From Felis catus (Eukaryota), in NCBI RefSeq assembly GCF_018350175.1, contig NC_058373.1, positions 109,866,001 through 109,930,000 of the forward strand: 64,000 nucleotides of DNA, written 5' to 3'. Shown here in pieces: positions 1 to 14,294 of this stretch; within the stretch, counting starts at the first letter, position 1; every line of letters begins with the position of its first letter. The translations under genes and the position numbers were made by a program. Below the pieces are notes generated by a model. That model searched no databases. It had not been told where the DNA came from and worked only from the letters and a program-made list of their open reading frames with translations.

Positions 1-3000
1 CCCAGAGGCATCTGAGTGGCTCCATCGGTTAAGTTTCGGCTTAGGTCATGATCTCACCATTCGTGTGCGTTTGAGCCCCATGCTGGGCTCTGTGCTGACA
101 ACTCAGAGCCTGGAGCCTGCTTCGGATTCTGTGTCTCTTTCTCTGCCCCCTCCTCCACTCGCATTCTGTCTCTCAAAAATAAATAAAAATGTTAAAAAGT
201 ATTTTTTTTTTAAGATAAAAATTTTAAAAAAGCTCCCCAGTGATTCTGTTGTGCAGCTCCAGTTGAGGAACCACTGCATTACATATTTACATTACATATT
301 ACCTATTTGGACAGTGATCTCTCAAAAGCAAAGTCTTTATCTTATTTATACATATATACCCAATGGCTGGCACACAGTAAGTAGGCAATAAATATTTGTT
401 TAGTTAAACTGAGACAGAGAAATTCTTTAGATTCATCATATTGACTATATAATCCTGCTTGATAAGAACTCTGTATGAGAAATAGATGAAACATAATTTC
501 TTCAATTTAGGCTAAAGACATTTTCAGGGAATAACAGTCTCTACACTGAAAACACTGTTCTAACACTTTACATTTAGTGTCATATTTGATCCTCACAAAC
601 ACCCTGATATGGCTTCCCTGGAACAATCTCATTTTGCTCTCCTCTGTTGTCCCCAGAATAAATACTAAAAATGCCTTTTTTTCCCCTTTCAAGGAGTGTT
701 CAAATTTAATAAAAATTTATGGTTACATTAGCCATTTTTTTGTTTTATTTTATGTTATCTTATTTTAATGTTTATTTATTTATTTTGGGAGAGGAAGAGA
801 GGGCGACAGAAAAGGCCAACCAGGCTCCATGCTGTCAGCGCAGTGGGGCTTGAGCCCACAAACCATGAGATCATGACCTGGGCCAAAATCATGAGTCGGA
901 CGGTTAACTGACTGAGCCACCCAGGTGCCCCTGGCCAGTATTTAAATAAATAAAACTGGACTAATGTCATAAACCTAAGTATTTAATCTGATGGATTAAA
1001 GGTGCTCAATATATTTTGTTGAAAAAAAATGAATATTCAGCATTAGGAATTATATACTGGAGTGAAAAACTAAATTTTCAAATTTTTTTAACATGAGGTC
1101 TTCCATGAAAACTCAGATACATACTAAAAGTTACCTAAGAATTCTCATTAATTGAATTTTACTGCAGTCACTCAAAGATTCCAAAAGTGACCCAAATTCT
1201 GACCATACTTGTGGATATGGAGACCTCAAATTATGACTGTCAGACCTCTATTCTTCATATTTCAGATCACTAATTTCCATAGAATTACACTTTCATGAGG
1301 GTATAGTCCTTTGGTTGCTATTCTACCCTTTCTTCCCTACGATGTAATTAAAGGCACAGATCTCGTGAAATAACTACAGAATTTTGGCTATCAGAATAGA
1401 AGCTGTTGCTTTATTTCTTACTTAAATTTCATGATAGGGCACCTGGGTGGCTCAGTTCATTGAGCATCCGACTTTGGCTCAGGTCATGATCTCACGGTCT
1501 ATGAGTTCACGCCTCAAATCCAGTTCACTGCTGTTAGCACAGAGCCTGCTTTGGATCCTCTGTCTCCCTTTCCCTCTGCCCCTCCCCCCTGCATCTCAAA
1601 AATGTTTTATTTAACATTAAAAAAAATAAATTTCATGATTGATTCAAAAACTTTCAGAACATGCTAATGTGGAAATGTCTGAGCCTTGTAATTCTCAGCA
1701 TGTGTACCAAGTTAGAAGTTTTAAATGACAATTGATGTTATTTACATAAAACCATATGTAATAAATTTACTGTAAAGTTAAGTGAAAGGAAGGGTTAATA
1801 GCTCTGAAGTTAGCTGGTTTTTTTATAGTTTTTTCTTAATATAGATATAAGTAGATGTTCACTCCTATAAAATGCTTATAGTACTTTATTTATTTATTTT
1901 AATGTTTATTTATTTTTGAGACAGAGAGAGACAAAGCATAAACGAGGGAGGGTCAGAGAGAGAGGGAAACACAGAATCTGAAACAGGCTCCAGGCCCTGA
2001 GCTGTCAGCACAGAGCCCGACGTGGAGCTCGAACTCACGGACCATGAGATCATGACCTGAGCCGAAGTCGGACGCTTAACCAACTGAGCCACCCAGGCGC
2101 CCGCTTATAGTACTTTAGAAAATGAAAACCTTAATCAATTAAATGACTTTTAAAGACATTCCTACATTTGACCACTTTTTAAAGTTTTTTTCATGTTTAT
2201 TTCTTTATTGGGATTTAGAATACCAAGCAGGCTCTGCACTGTCAGCACAGAGCCCAATGTGGGGCTTGATCTCAAGAAGTGTGAGATCTTGACCCAAGCC
2301 GAAATCGAGTTGGACGCCTAACCAAATGAGCCACCCAGGCACCCCCTATTTTTTTTAAGTTTTAATTTATTCTTTATTTAAGTAATCTCTACACCCAAAA
2401 TGGGGCTTGAACTCACAACCCTGAGATCAAGAGTAACACTTCTCTGAGCCAGCCAGGTGCCCCTACATTTGATCACATTAAGAATTCTTAAAAATAATTC
2501 AAAACAATTATAATTCTAGAAATATATTTTGGTATGACACAAAATATCCAAAATTTGTTGTCCTCAATTTTTTTTGTAGAGCTCCATGAATATTAAACTA
2601 GATTGTTTCAAGACTCTATACAAATTTACCTCCCTTTCTGATTATTAGTTATTTATATTATCCTGAATAGTGAGGGCAAACTGAGGTACCTAGGTGTCTC
2701 AGTTGGTTAAGCATCTGACTCTTGGTTTGGGCTCAGATCATGATCTCATAGTTCATGAGTTTGAGCCCCATGTCGGGCTCTCCTGTCAGTGCAGAGCCCG
2801 CTTGGGATTCTCTCTCTCTGCCCCTCCCCTGCTTGCTCTCCCTCAAAATAAATAAATAAACTTAAAATAGTAAGGGCAAACTAACTTCCAAGGAACAGAA
2901 CCAGAAGGAAGGAAGGAATTAATTCAGGGCATAAACATGCTAGCTGTAACTGTGATATCAATTTAATGTATGACATTAAAATGTATACTAAGTGGTTTTA

Positions 3001-3683
3001 AGCATTACAGCACAAAGTATGTAATAAAGGAAAGTTAATGTTAAAGGTAGCAAAAAGAACTTAAATTAGCAAATTAAAAAAAAAAAAACCTTAGCACATA
3101 ATTTTAGATACTAATCACAGATAACTTAATATTCCCTCAAAGTTAATAGATAATTACACATTTGAATGGAATATTCAAGGTTATCAAATTTATGGAAGGA
3201 AGAAGGTATCAAGTACCATAAATTCAACACAGATTTATTACATATTAAGTCTAAACTTTTATCCTTTTCATTTCTTCCAATCAGGAAATAGACCTAGAGA
3301 GGCTGGTGATTTGCTGAGATTAGAATTCCAGGCTCCTATGATATTCTAGTGAGTTGCTGGGGTGTTTTCAATTATAATATTTTATTTTATTTTATGTTGA
3401 GAGAGAGAGCACATGCACAAATGGGGGAGAGGGACAGAGGCAGAGAGAGAGAATCTTCATGAGATCACGAGAATCGACATGGGGGCTCGATCCCATGACC
3501 CTGGGATCGTGACCTGAGCCAAAATCAAGAGTTGGACACTCAACCGACTGAGCCACCAGGCACCTCAATTATAACATATTTTAGGTGTCCTGCTTCTTAT
3601 TTCAATATGCTAATATACTACTATAAGTGCACTATTAAGGACAGATTTTGGAATATTTACCTTTAATTAAAATTCAGATTTAA

Positions 3684-3898
3684 GGGGCGCCTGGGTGGCG
3701 CAGTCGGTTAAGCGTCCGACTTCAGCCAGGTCACGATCTCTCGGTCCGTGAGTTCGAGCCCCGCGTGAGGCTCTGGGCTGATGGCTCGGAGCCTGGAGCC
3801 TGTTTCCGATTCTGTGTCTCCCTCTCTCTCTGCCCCTCCCCCGTTCATGCTCTGTCTCTCTCTGTCCCAAAAATAAATAAACGTTAAAAAAAAAAAAA
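3684..3898 (+). mobile_element. Young felid Can-SINE (SINEC_Fc-type)
   Basis: CpG-intact GGGGCGCCTGGGTGGCGCAGTCGGTTAAGCGTCCGAC head, B box GAGTTCGAGCC, CT-rich region and pure A tail. Perfect 15-bp TSD aaaattcagatttaa at 3669-3683 and 3899-3913. Confidence 0.95.
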
Positions 3899-6800
3899 AA
3901 AATTCAGATTTAATACGTGATCATTATAGGAAAACTAGAAAATACAAATAATAACAAGTAGGTGGTGGTTTTTTTTTTTTTTTTTACATTTTATTCATTT
4001 TTGAGCGACAGAGACAGAGTGTGAGCAGGGGAGGGGCAGAGAGAGAGAGGAAGACACAGAATCTGAAGCAGGCTTCAGGCTCTGAGCTGTCAGCACAGAG
4101 CCTAATGCAGGGCTTGAAAGACAAATCATGAGATCATGACCTGAGCCAAAGTTGGACGCTTAACTGACTGAGTCACCCAGGTGCCCCAATAAGCAGTTAT
4201 TACCCAGGTACAGTTACTATTAAAACTCTCAATGTTTATTGCTCTAGATCTTTCTAACATGTTTTTGGATTTTTGGGGGTTTTTTTGTGTGTATATGGTT
4301 GGTTTGATTTTATTTCTTCTTATAAAAATGGGTTTGAGGTATACTTACTACTTTATAATCTCATAATATCTTTCTAAAAAGACTTTACACACATAGACAC
4401 ATAAAATTGTTTGGAAAATTTTGGGTACATGGATTTACAATATATTCATAATTTTACTAATACAGAAACAAAACAGTAGTTTGACAAGTACCCAGTCCAG
4501 TAACTTAAAAAATGGCCTGTGGTTTTATGAATTTAATATTTTTTAAGTTTATTTATTTAGAGAGAGAGACTGCATCCACACACGTGAGCCAGGGAAGGTC
4601 AGGGAAAGGGAGGAGAGAATCCCAAGCAGGCTCCATACTGTCAGCACAGAGCCTGATGGGGGGCTCAATTCCAAGAACCATGAGATCATGACCTGAGCTG
4701 AAACCAAGAGTGAGACACTTAACCGACTGAGCTACCCAGGCACCCCATGAATTTAAATTTTGAGAGCTAGGTGTATAAAAAATAAATAGATGTAGTAACT
4801 CCTCTATACTTTTCTTGGAAGTAAGAAAATCAATTTAGGAAAGTAGGCGGATGTTGAAAATAAACTAAGCTGTTGCTCTTTGTGTTGTAACAAAAACATA
4901 CAGAACTTATGGAAAATACTGAATGAAGTGTTCATTATAAATCATTTAGAATAAATGATAAATAACACAAGAAGCCTCTTCTTGTGTTAATGAAGACATC
5001 CACTTAAAAATAATAGGTATCTAAGCACCTATTAGCAACTTGTAGGGCATACACTGCCTATAGCTCCATACTAATTTCACAATAAATAGTAAAGATACAA
5101 ACTATGATCAAGAAAATAGTTAAAAGGGCACCTGAGTGGCTCAGGAAGTCAAGCATCAGACTCCTGATTTCAGCTCAGGTCATGATCTCAAGTTTCATGA
5201 GATCAAGCCCCACGAAGAGCTCTGTGCTGACAGCATGGAGCCTGCTTGTGATTCTCTCCCTCTCTTTCTGCCCCCCTACCCCTCTCCCTCCCTCCCTCTC
5301 TCTCTCTCTCAAAATAAATAGAAAATAATTCAAAATGAAGGTAATTACTGAAATATTAAAATATAGGAAAAAGTGAAAATTGTGGGAATATATTAGATCC
5401 ATAATGTAAGAAAGGGAGGGATTCATTATAGGTATAGTTTCATCCATCAACTATCAAATAATAAGCAATGCATTTCTTATTAGAAATAATTGTGGTTATA
5501 ACACAGGATCATAGTTTGTAACGTCTGCACATTACTCATGATTTTACTTTTAAAAAGAAATAAAATAAAAAATAAAAGGAAAACAAAAATTTGTAATACT
5601 ACCCATAATAAAATTCAGTAGCTAGTCTGAATAAAATTGATGAAACATTCTATGGGACAAGAAGGTTTTTGAATAAAGGACTAGGATTATCAGACTCATG
5701 ATTTGAAAAATAATACATCAATATTGTTTTTAGGTCAGCTGATTCAAAAACAGAAGTCCAGTATATAAAAACTGAACTGAACTCAGCTTGAATGTTTGAT
5801 CAATCCACTAAACATGTTTTTAAAGAACACATCTTTTATTATTTTTAATTTTTTTTTAATTTTTTAAGCTTATTTATTCATTTTGAGAGAGATAGGTAGA
5901 GCAAGCAGAGGAGGGGCAGAGAGAGAGGGAGAGAGAGAATTCCAAGCAGGCTCTGTCCTGTCAGCATGGAGCCCGATGTGAGGCTTGAACTCATGAACTG
6001 TGAGATCATGACCTGAGCTGAAACCAAGAGTCAGACACTTAACCATCTGAGCCACCCAGGAGCCCCAAAAGCACATCTTTTAGAAAGTATATTAAATATA
6101 ATCAGATTCTTATTCCCCTTTTTATTATGATAATGAACCTAAGGGTAATATCTAATAGCTTTATCTTCCAGAAATATCAGGGATCCATTTTTTATCACTC
6201 AAAGATACATAACCATTTGGTAAATTTTTAGGAGCAATATTACTAACTTTTGTAGTTGGAAGAGAATCATGAACAAGGCACAGAAATGGATAACATTTTC
6301 TTGTGACAAATGCTAGATATAAAAATCGGATACTGGGGGCACCTGGGTCGCTCAGTCAGTTAAGCGTCCAACTTCAGCTCAGGTCATGATCCCACAGTTT
6401 GTGAGTTCAAGCCCTGCGTCGGGCTCTGTGCTGACAGCTCAGAGCCTGGAGCCTCCTTCGAATTCTGTGTCTCCCTCTCTCTCTCCCCCTCCCCTGCTCA
6501 CACTCTTTCTCTCTCTCTCAAAAAATAAATAAATGCTAAAAAAAAAAAATTTTTTTAAATGATACCGAGGCTTATAAAATTAGTAGAGATTAATCAGAAA
6601 GGAAATTATATGTAAATTCACAATTTGTATTAATACAATTAATTATAAAAAGTTGAACACAAATAATTTGCTTATTAAAATAGTATTTGGGACTTGTGGA
6701 AATTTACTAGTGACGGGGCAGCTACTGGAGGTAAGCAATCCAAGTTAAGAAATAGAAACCCAATATTTCTACAGCTATGAAACAAGCTAATTAGATACTT

Positions 6801-8026
6801 TCATGAGTAGAAAATTCTAAAAGCATTAAGTTGTTGCAAAGGACAAGAAAAATTTGATATAGCCAGTTATAAATTTTTTGATCACATGAATTAGTTCATA
6901 TTTCTCCACTTTTTTCTGATCCTTTATCTACTAAATACATAATACGTTCATAGAGTGCAGTAAGAGACACTACACTAGATGCAAGGGATAGTGAGGGAAC
7001 ATAGAGTTACTTTTCTTATGTTGCTTATTTTCTAGTGGGGGTGACAGATAAGGAAAAAAGAAGTTGTAGTTGTGCCAGAATTATGCTCAAGATGCTCTGG
7101 GAGAAAGGTCATCTAGCCAGTCTAGAGAAAGGCAAGATGGGGAATGTAACAAGGCTTTTAGGAGATAAGAACACTTTTTGTGAATCCTGAAGAATGGATA
7201 GTTAGCTAGACAAAGGGAAACGGGTATTCCAAGCAGAAGTTACAACTTTCCTAAAGGTATCGAGGTAAGAGACACCAATTACATTCGAGGAAACAAGTCA
7301 TTCAGTATGGCGTCATGTTTGTGCTTTGGAAGTAAACTACAACAGGACGCTAGACACCGTATGGAATGTGGTCAGACTGGAAGTAGGGCTACTAATTCAG
7401 AAGCTGTTACAGTCCTCTGGTGATGAGATGGTGCAAGCTAGAATGTCAATGGGAAGGGGAGAAAGGGAGGTGAGTAGTTGTGGCTAAAGAGTAGAGGGTC
7501 CCTGTGCTGGTGCTTTTTAAACTGAATAGCATTCTTAAAATAAAGTAACTGTTGGAAGCCCTAAAGTACCGTTGGGGAAAAGAAGAAAACTAGAGTTTAA
7601 TATGTAAATACAAGTGGCACCAGGACGGTTTAAGTTCATGTTGTTTCTAGTCAGTGGGTGTTCACTACTGAGTAGAGCTCGCATTGATGTCTATATTCAC
7701 ATTGCTGCTTTGACTCTGGTGGAGAGGCACAAAAGACCATAAGAAGGAAAATCAAATGGAGACTGGAAGACGGGAGAAACCTTATTCCTTATCCTGAACA
7801 TAATATTTGGTTATTTGTGATTGTTGGGAACGGTTTCTAAAAAATACAATTACTACATTAAATGCTCACAAAACAATATGTTAATATATATATTTTTTGC
7901 AAAACAAAGAAGATTTACAGTAATATTTTCTCAGGTTTCTTGTAAGTTTGAAAATGATTAAAAACTATAAAATAGCCTGTCATTTTCAGAGAAAAATAAA
8001 GCACTATGAACACAAATTTTCCTTAC

Positions 8027-8116
8027 CAGAATGGAGTGCATTCCCATGTAAATTCTACTTAGGCAAACTAGAGAACACCAGCAGGGAATAAGAATCAGTC
8101 CACATAGAAGAGGATA
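8027..8116 (-). CDS. SGPP1: SGPP1 coding exon 2 (90 bp, [30 protein letters not shown])
   Basis: Acceptor tttttttcccctttAG (AG at 8118-8117) and donor CTG|GTAAGG (GT at 8026-8025). Phase 0/0, continues exon 1 in frame and carries PAP2 motif C3 SRxxxxxH. Too short for the ORF track. Exon 3 is not in the window. Confidence 0.96.
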
Positions 8117-9458
8117 CTAAAGGGGAAAAAAAAGTAAAATGGGTTATATAAATTAGGTTAAATATAAACAAGGAAACAAAAAACATATATCACTATACCA
8201 CAGAACTCCACAAAAACAAGAACTATGTGTTTTTACTCCCCATTGTATTCCTAGCACCTAACACTAAGCATGGCACATAGCTGACATTTAAGAAAAAGTT
8301 TTGCATGATTTTAACTTTTGCATAATTGAACAAATGAATGAAATCTGGTGTTAATACAACTCTTCATTGTGAAAACTGGCTCATTTTCATTTCTACGATA
8401 AAGACTTAATCACCAGCATGCTGCAGAGGAAGAAAAATAGGGAGGAGACATATTTTTCATGTGGCTCCAAAATGAAATACCTATGGAATAGTGCTTGACT
8501 CTGATCCCTGTAAGTGTCCTTCGTTTCCCTGCGTAGAAAAACTTGAGTAGTATCTCCCTCTCAGTTCCATCAGTGACTGCTACTTGTAGTTTCTGTTGAT
8601 ATTTCACCATCTTCTATTCAATATTCAACAACTTGTCATTTGTTTTCCACTTCTGCCCCTCCACTAAAATTTCAAATGGTAACCTTTTTGAGAAAAATCT
8701 TGGGGGGATACTGGGATCAGAAAGTCTTTTTTTTTAATTTTTTTTATTTTTTTTTTAACGTTTATTTATTTTTGAGACAGAGAGAGACAGAGCATGAACG
8801 GGGGAGGGTCAGAGAGAGGGAGACACAGAATCTGAAACAGGCTCCAGGCTCTGAGCGGTCAGCACAGAGCCCGACGCGGAGCTTGAACTCACAGACCGCG
8901 AGATCGTGACCTGAGCCGAAGTCGGGCACCTAACCGACTGAGCCACCCAGGCGCCCCCAGAAAGTCTTAAAAAGGGAAAACAATAAAATAGAGACAACTC
9001 TTGGTATCAAGGGCACTAATGTTAAGAGTTGGCTTTGAATCTCCTTATATTAGAGGGAAGGAGCAAACAATGGATGGCCATGGTGGCAAGTTTGTGAAGG
9101 AAGAAGGAGGGGGGCACATCTGAAGCAGTTAACACCCTATAATTGGAAATTTCTCCATAAAAATTGAAGCCAACGCAGTTCAATCCAATAGGAAATCAAC
9201 ATGGTTCAATAACAAGTGGGGTCGAAAGAAGGGAATTAATTAAGACTGCAAGAAGACTGGTAAAGATTTGGCACGTACTTGTTTTGATTTGACTTCTCTA
9301 CTGCATTTGACATAGCCACCACTTCCCTGAAAGTCTAAATACCCTTGATATCTACAGTATCACATTCTCCTGGTTCCTCTTTCACCATCTTTGGTTTTTT
9401 CGGTGTTTCCCGCATAAGAGCGTATCTTTCTGTTCCTGTTCCTTGAACACTAGCATAA

Positions 9459-9486
9459 ATACATACATACATACATACATACATAC
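9459..9486 (+). repeat. (ATAC)7 microsatellite
   Basis: Read directly from the sequence. Confidence 0.92.
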
Positions 9487-10399
9487 ATAAGGATTTTGCC
9501 CTTAGTACTTATTGGTAGTCTCTGCTTTTCTTATTTTTTAACTACTACTTTGCAAGCTGAAGACCTATCTGTTTCCTTGGGTTAAGAACCATACAGCCAT
9601 CTCCTGCATGTGTCTTCACCTGAGGTCTCTATGGAGTTAAACTCACTGTACTTCAAACCAATGTCATCATCCCAAACTTGTTCCCCCTCTCATATTCTCT
9701 ATTTCACTTGGAAACTTCATAATATACATAACAAACTTAAATGAGAAACATGAATTATCCTTGATTCTTTCCTTACCTTTCATATTCAACAAATAATCAA
9801 GTCTTGCTGATTTTACCTTCTAAATATTTCTTGATTCTATCATCTCTTCTCCACTCTACTTAAACTGCCCTTATTCAGATCCTCCTAGTTTCTTTTCTAG
9901 GCTCTACCTATGTCTCCAGCCATTCTTCCACATGCATGAGGAACTTGGTTGATGGGGCAGACAGACATGTAACTATATAATGAGGTAAGTGCTATGACAG
10001 TATACTAAAAATTCAGATGGAGTCTAAGGGATGAGCACTTAACTTAAAGATGTTAGCAAAGTCATCCAGATAAAGTTAAGATCCAAGTTGTCCTGAGAAA
10101 TAAGTAGGATTTCACCTTTAGAAAAAAGGAGTACAGGGCAAAAAAAGATAAAAAGCATCACAGTAGGAACACTGTGAGCAAAGGCTTATAGGCAAGAAAT
10201 TGTAAGCAGTGTGATTTTCTAGGAGAATAAGCTTATGCTTTTGCTGAGGGGAAGGCACTAAATAGTAAACACAAAATATGCAAATTATATGATATTTATA
10301 TATATAAATTATATATTATAGGAAATATATTAATAACATAATAAAATGTGTTCATTACGTTGGAGAAATAAAAGAACAGGTGTTGAAACATTAATGTTC

Positions 10400-10600
10400 A
10401 TCAAATATTCCTTATGCTCCTCTACGTTTTCGGGTTCTCTTGAAGTTAGATTGGGACCATGTGATTGGTTTGGCCAATGAGCTGTGATGAAAGTGACTTA
10501 TGCCACTTTCAATCATTCTGTGATCTCTCTCTTCGCTATTTATGCCACATGCTGAGATGGATCACAAGACAGGCAAACTGCCATCAGCCTCAGCCCCTGA
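10400..10600 (+). mobile_element. MLT1 (MaLR) LTR fragment
   Basis: tgaagttagattgggaccatgtgattggtttggccaatgagctgtga..aagtga...ccactttc. Confidence 0.65.
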
Positions 10601-11109
10601 AGTCGGGATGGTTTCACTGGTGAATTTTACCAGATATTTAATATCAATCTTTCTCAAGCTCTTCCCCTTGATTTCAGCTCAGGTCATGATCTCACTTTGT
10701 GAGTTTGAGCCCCTCATTGGGCTCTGTGCTGACAGCTCAGAGCCTGGAGCCTCCTTCAGATTCTGCCTCCCTCTCTCTCTGCCCCTACCCTACTCTACCC
10801 TGCTCTCACTCTGTCTCCCTCTCTCTCAAAAATAAACATTAAAAAAAAAATTTTAATAAATAACATTAATATACACTTTCTAAAACAAAGTAACTAAATT
10901 GTATAGAAATATAAAAACCTCCCCTCACCCCCCAAAAAATAAATAAACTTTAAATAAATAGGCAAGCAAGCAAGCAGGCTCCATGCTGCCAGCCAGGCTC
11001 GAACTCATGAAACTGAGATCATGACCTGAGCCAAAACCAAGAGTCCGATGCTTAACCAACAGCCAGGCCAATGCCTAACAGAGCCACCCAGGCACCTCAA
11101 TAAATAAAA

Positions 11110-11410
11110 ATTTTCAGAAATATATTATACACTGGGGGGTGGAAGGGGAAAATATTACACACCATGACCAAGTGGGATCTATCACAGAAATGCAAAGGTG
11201 GTTCAACAAAGAAAAATCAATGTAATATACTGTATTAATAAAATTAAGAAAAAAATATACATGATCATCCTTCATAATAAAAGGATTTAAAAAACTAGGA
11301 AAGAAGGGAATTTCTTCAACATGATAAAGGGCATTTATGAACTACCTACAGCTAACGTACTCAATGGTGAAAAAGTAAAAGGTTTCCCAAGATTAGAAAC
11401 AAGACAAAAA
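11110..11410 (+). mobile_element. LINE-1 ORF2 RT fragment
   Basis: Translates to HHDQVG..MQRWFN and MIKGIYELPTAN.LNGEK, which are recognisable L1 RT segments. Confidence 0.85.
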
Positions 11411-12094
11411 ATTCCTGATTCCCTCTTTGGAAACCAGAGTAGAAACAGAAACTTAGTAAATTCAGTCTTCCAGGCAGTTTCCAATTCATTACTTTATTCT
11501 AATTCCAATCTGTCAAAGAATTTTTTTATCTAATTGTCTCTTGGATAATCTAGCCCTACTTGCTACAAGGCCCCAGAGAATTTCTCCAGTTGTCTAATAT
11601 GGATTCTGTGGAGATTTGTTTTTTAAGAAATCCCTATTCAAATCTCCAGGGTTGGGAGCAAATCTAGTCTGGGGCGGCAATAGCTCTTCCTGAGCTGCTT
11701 TAGCACTTGGGACAGTAAGTGGAATGGGAGCAATTAAATACAGTAATTTTCAAAATGCAAAAGGCATCGTCATGGGAAACTCAAGTTGTCTTCTCCACAT
11801 TGGCAAATTTAGCAATTCTGTAAAAGTCCGTAAGAGCCCTCGTTTCTATTTTTAAAAAAGTCATCTTCCTCTTTCTCTTTGTGATAACAATCTAACCAAC
11901 CTTTCTCTCACTTCTGATATACACATATGTTGTTCTGTCCTTCCCTTGACTGTCACTCTCTACCCCTAATTCCTACCCAACCCAATCCTTTATTTCTGAC
12001 AAATAAACTGTCTGGATTTTTTAAAAGCCAAAAGTGACGTTAGAACAAATACATGTTAATTTGTTCTTTACTGAAGGGTTAGTAGATTAAATAA

Positions 12095-12310
12095 TTTTAC
12101 TGAACATAAAACTTACTATGTACCAGGCACTATCCTAAGAGCTTTATAAATATTAGCTCATTTAATCATCAGAACAACCCTATGAGGTAGGTATTCTAAT
12201 TTAAAGGAAACTGAGGAAAAAAGAGGTCTAAGATTAAATAGGTATTAAGGTATGGAGCTGAGATTCAAACATTGAGAGTCTAATTCCGAAGTCTAAGCTC
12301 TTAACCACTA
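12095..12310 (-). mobile_element. MIR (others near 22620-22800, 23995-24200, 46270-46440, 47660-47780 and 54130-54330)
   Basis: cttactatgtaccaggcact...ctcatttaatc..acaaccctatgaggtagg...ggaaactgagg...gattcaaac is the MIR core. Confidence 0.8.
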
Positions 12311-14294
12311 TTTACTAAGCTGTCCTTCATGTATGAAGTGTGTTGTTTAATTCCTTGTATCCCTAGGATAAAGCAGATTATCACTGAGATATTTTTTATG
12401 TGGGTTTTTCTTAGAATGGAGGCTAGGTACAAACTTTACTTACTTAGAGGCAAAAGGGATATTGAAGACATTAATTCCACCAGCCTCTCCTCTCTTTACA
12501 GATAAAGAAACAGATGTAGAGATGCCAAATAACATTTAGTATTATATTCCAGTGGTCTATTCTGATGTCTTCCAATTTACTGTGCTTGTTACTTTACACT
12601 TTTATCACTATACAAATGGTAATTTTAAGTTTGGTAATGGTTCCTAGCTTCTATTTTTCTTTCTCTCTCTCTTTTTTTTTTAGAGACTGTTGAGCTTTAT
12701 CTACTAAATTTATATTATTTCCTCTTATAAAAAGGTTTTTTCTTAAATCTTTAGGTCTTACCAAAAAAGCTGAAAGAAGGGGTGCCTGGGTGGCTCAGTT
12801 GGTTAAGCATCTGACTTCGGCTAGGTCATGATCTCATGGTTCATGAGTCTGAGCCCCAGCTGTGCTGACAGCTCAGAGCCTGGAACCTGCTTTGGATTAT
12901 GTGTCTCCCCTTCTCTCTGCCTCTCCCCGTCTTTCCCTCTCTCTCAAAATAAATAAATAAATAAGCAAACAAACATTAAAAAAAATACTTTAAAAAAAAA
13001 GCTGAAACACAAGTCCTTCATGTTATTTTCAAATTAATAAAAATTTACCAAACAAAATGGATCACATGACCTCCTAGATGCTTTTAATTTCATACCACTA
13101 TCTAATCTTTTCATTGCACAGTCTATTACAAGAACACTTATCTAAACATTTCCTTCAGTTATTATACCAAACAGCTCTATTCTTACTGATACACTTTCCT
13201 TAACTATCACATATAATCAGAATTATTTTTTATATTGTGGCATTTGTCATTTACATTCATTGAGGTTAGAAAAAAAAGTCAATAAAATGACTTACCATTA
13301 AAGCAATTACAAGAACTGTCTTCAACAGAATTTAAAATTTTCAGAGTAATTTAAATATGGGACAAAGGCAGGCACCAGAAAAAAATTATATTTTGAATTC
13401 AAGAAATGGATAGTGTATATGTAAACAAGAGATGACTAGGATACCACATTAGTGACACATCTGCCTTGTTCTCATACCCTGTTAGTGGAATAAAAATTGA
13501 TGCCCCCTTTTGGAAAGCATTTTGCCAATACATGAAAGTCTAAATGTTCATATACTTTGACCCAGTGATCTCTCTCCTAGAATTCTATACCAAAGACATA
13601 GAAATGTGGGCAAGGATTCATATATAAACATGTTTATCATAAAATTATATATAGCATACAGCAATGAATTAATAGTGACTTATAATGTAGTAGTTTAAAA
13701 TACGGGTTTTTGGAGCTACACAGATCTGGTTCTAGACATTTACTATATGCATTTACTGGGGCGCTGAATAATGGAAATAACAGAATCAACTCATGTTGAG
13801 AAAAAATAAGCTGCATCATAAGGATACAGGGTCACTGAACCTTAAGGCAAAAGGAAGCTAAGCTTCAAGAAGAAACTGCAACTATAAATGGTCACAGGAC
13901 CATCTCTTCTTATTACACACATCCTTTTCTGTGTAGCAGCTTTCCTGTTCTTTAGTCCACACGGTAAATGGAGGTTTTTCGATTTACTTCTTTAGTGAAG
14001 AAACCTGCCCAAACTCAATTTCTGATTTGAGAAAATACAGTTGCCCTAAAGGGAGGGACCTTTAGAGGGTTGTGAGCTAGGCTGACTACTCCAAAGGTGC
14101 CTACCTCTTCAGGTGTAGGACAACGCACTAGTTTCATAAGCTCTTTGCATCACAGCTTCCTCATCTATAAATGGAGGTAACATATCTATAGTAGGGACAA
14201 TCCTATAATATAAAAACTATTTTGCAAGAATATGTAAGTGCTTCATTCATTAAGAATGTTTTCTAGGAATGTTTGCTGAAAGGAAAAAGTATGA

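Noticed and set aside
13285..13300. Consensus minus-strand donor ATG|GTAAGT as a cryptic SGPP1 exon
   Set aside because: I found no convincing upstream acceptor or open frame.
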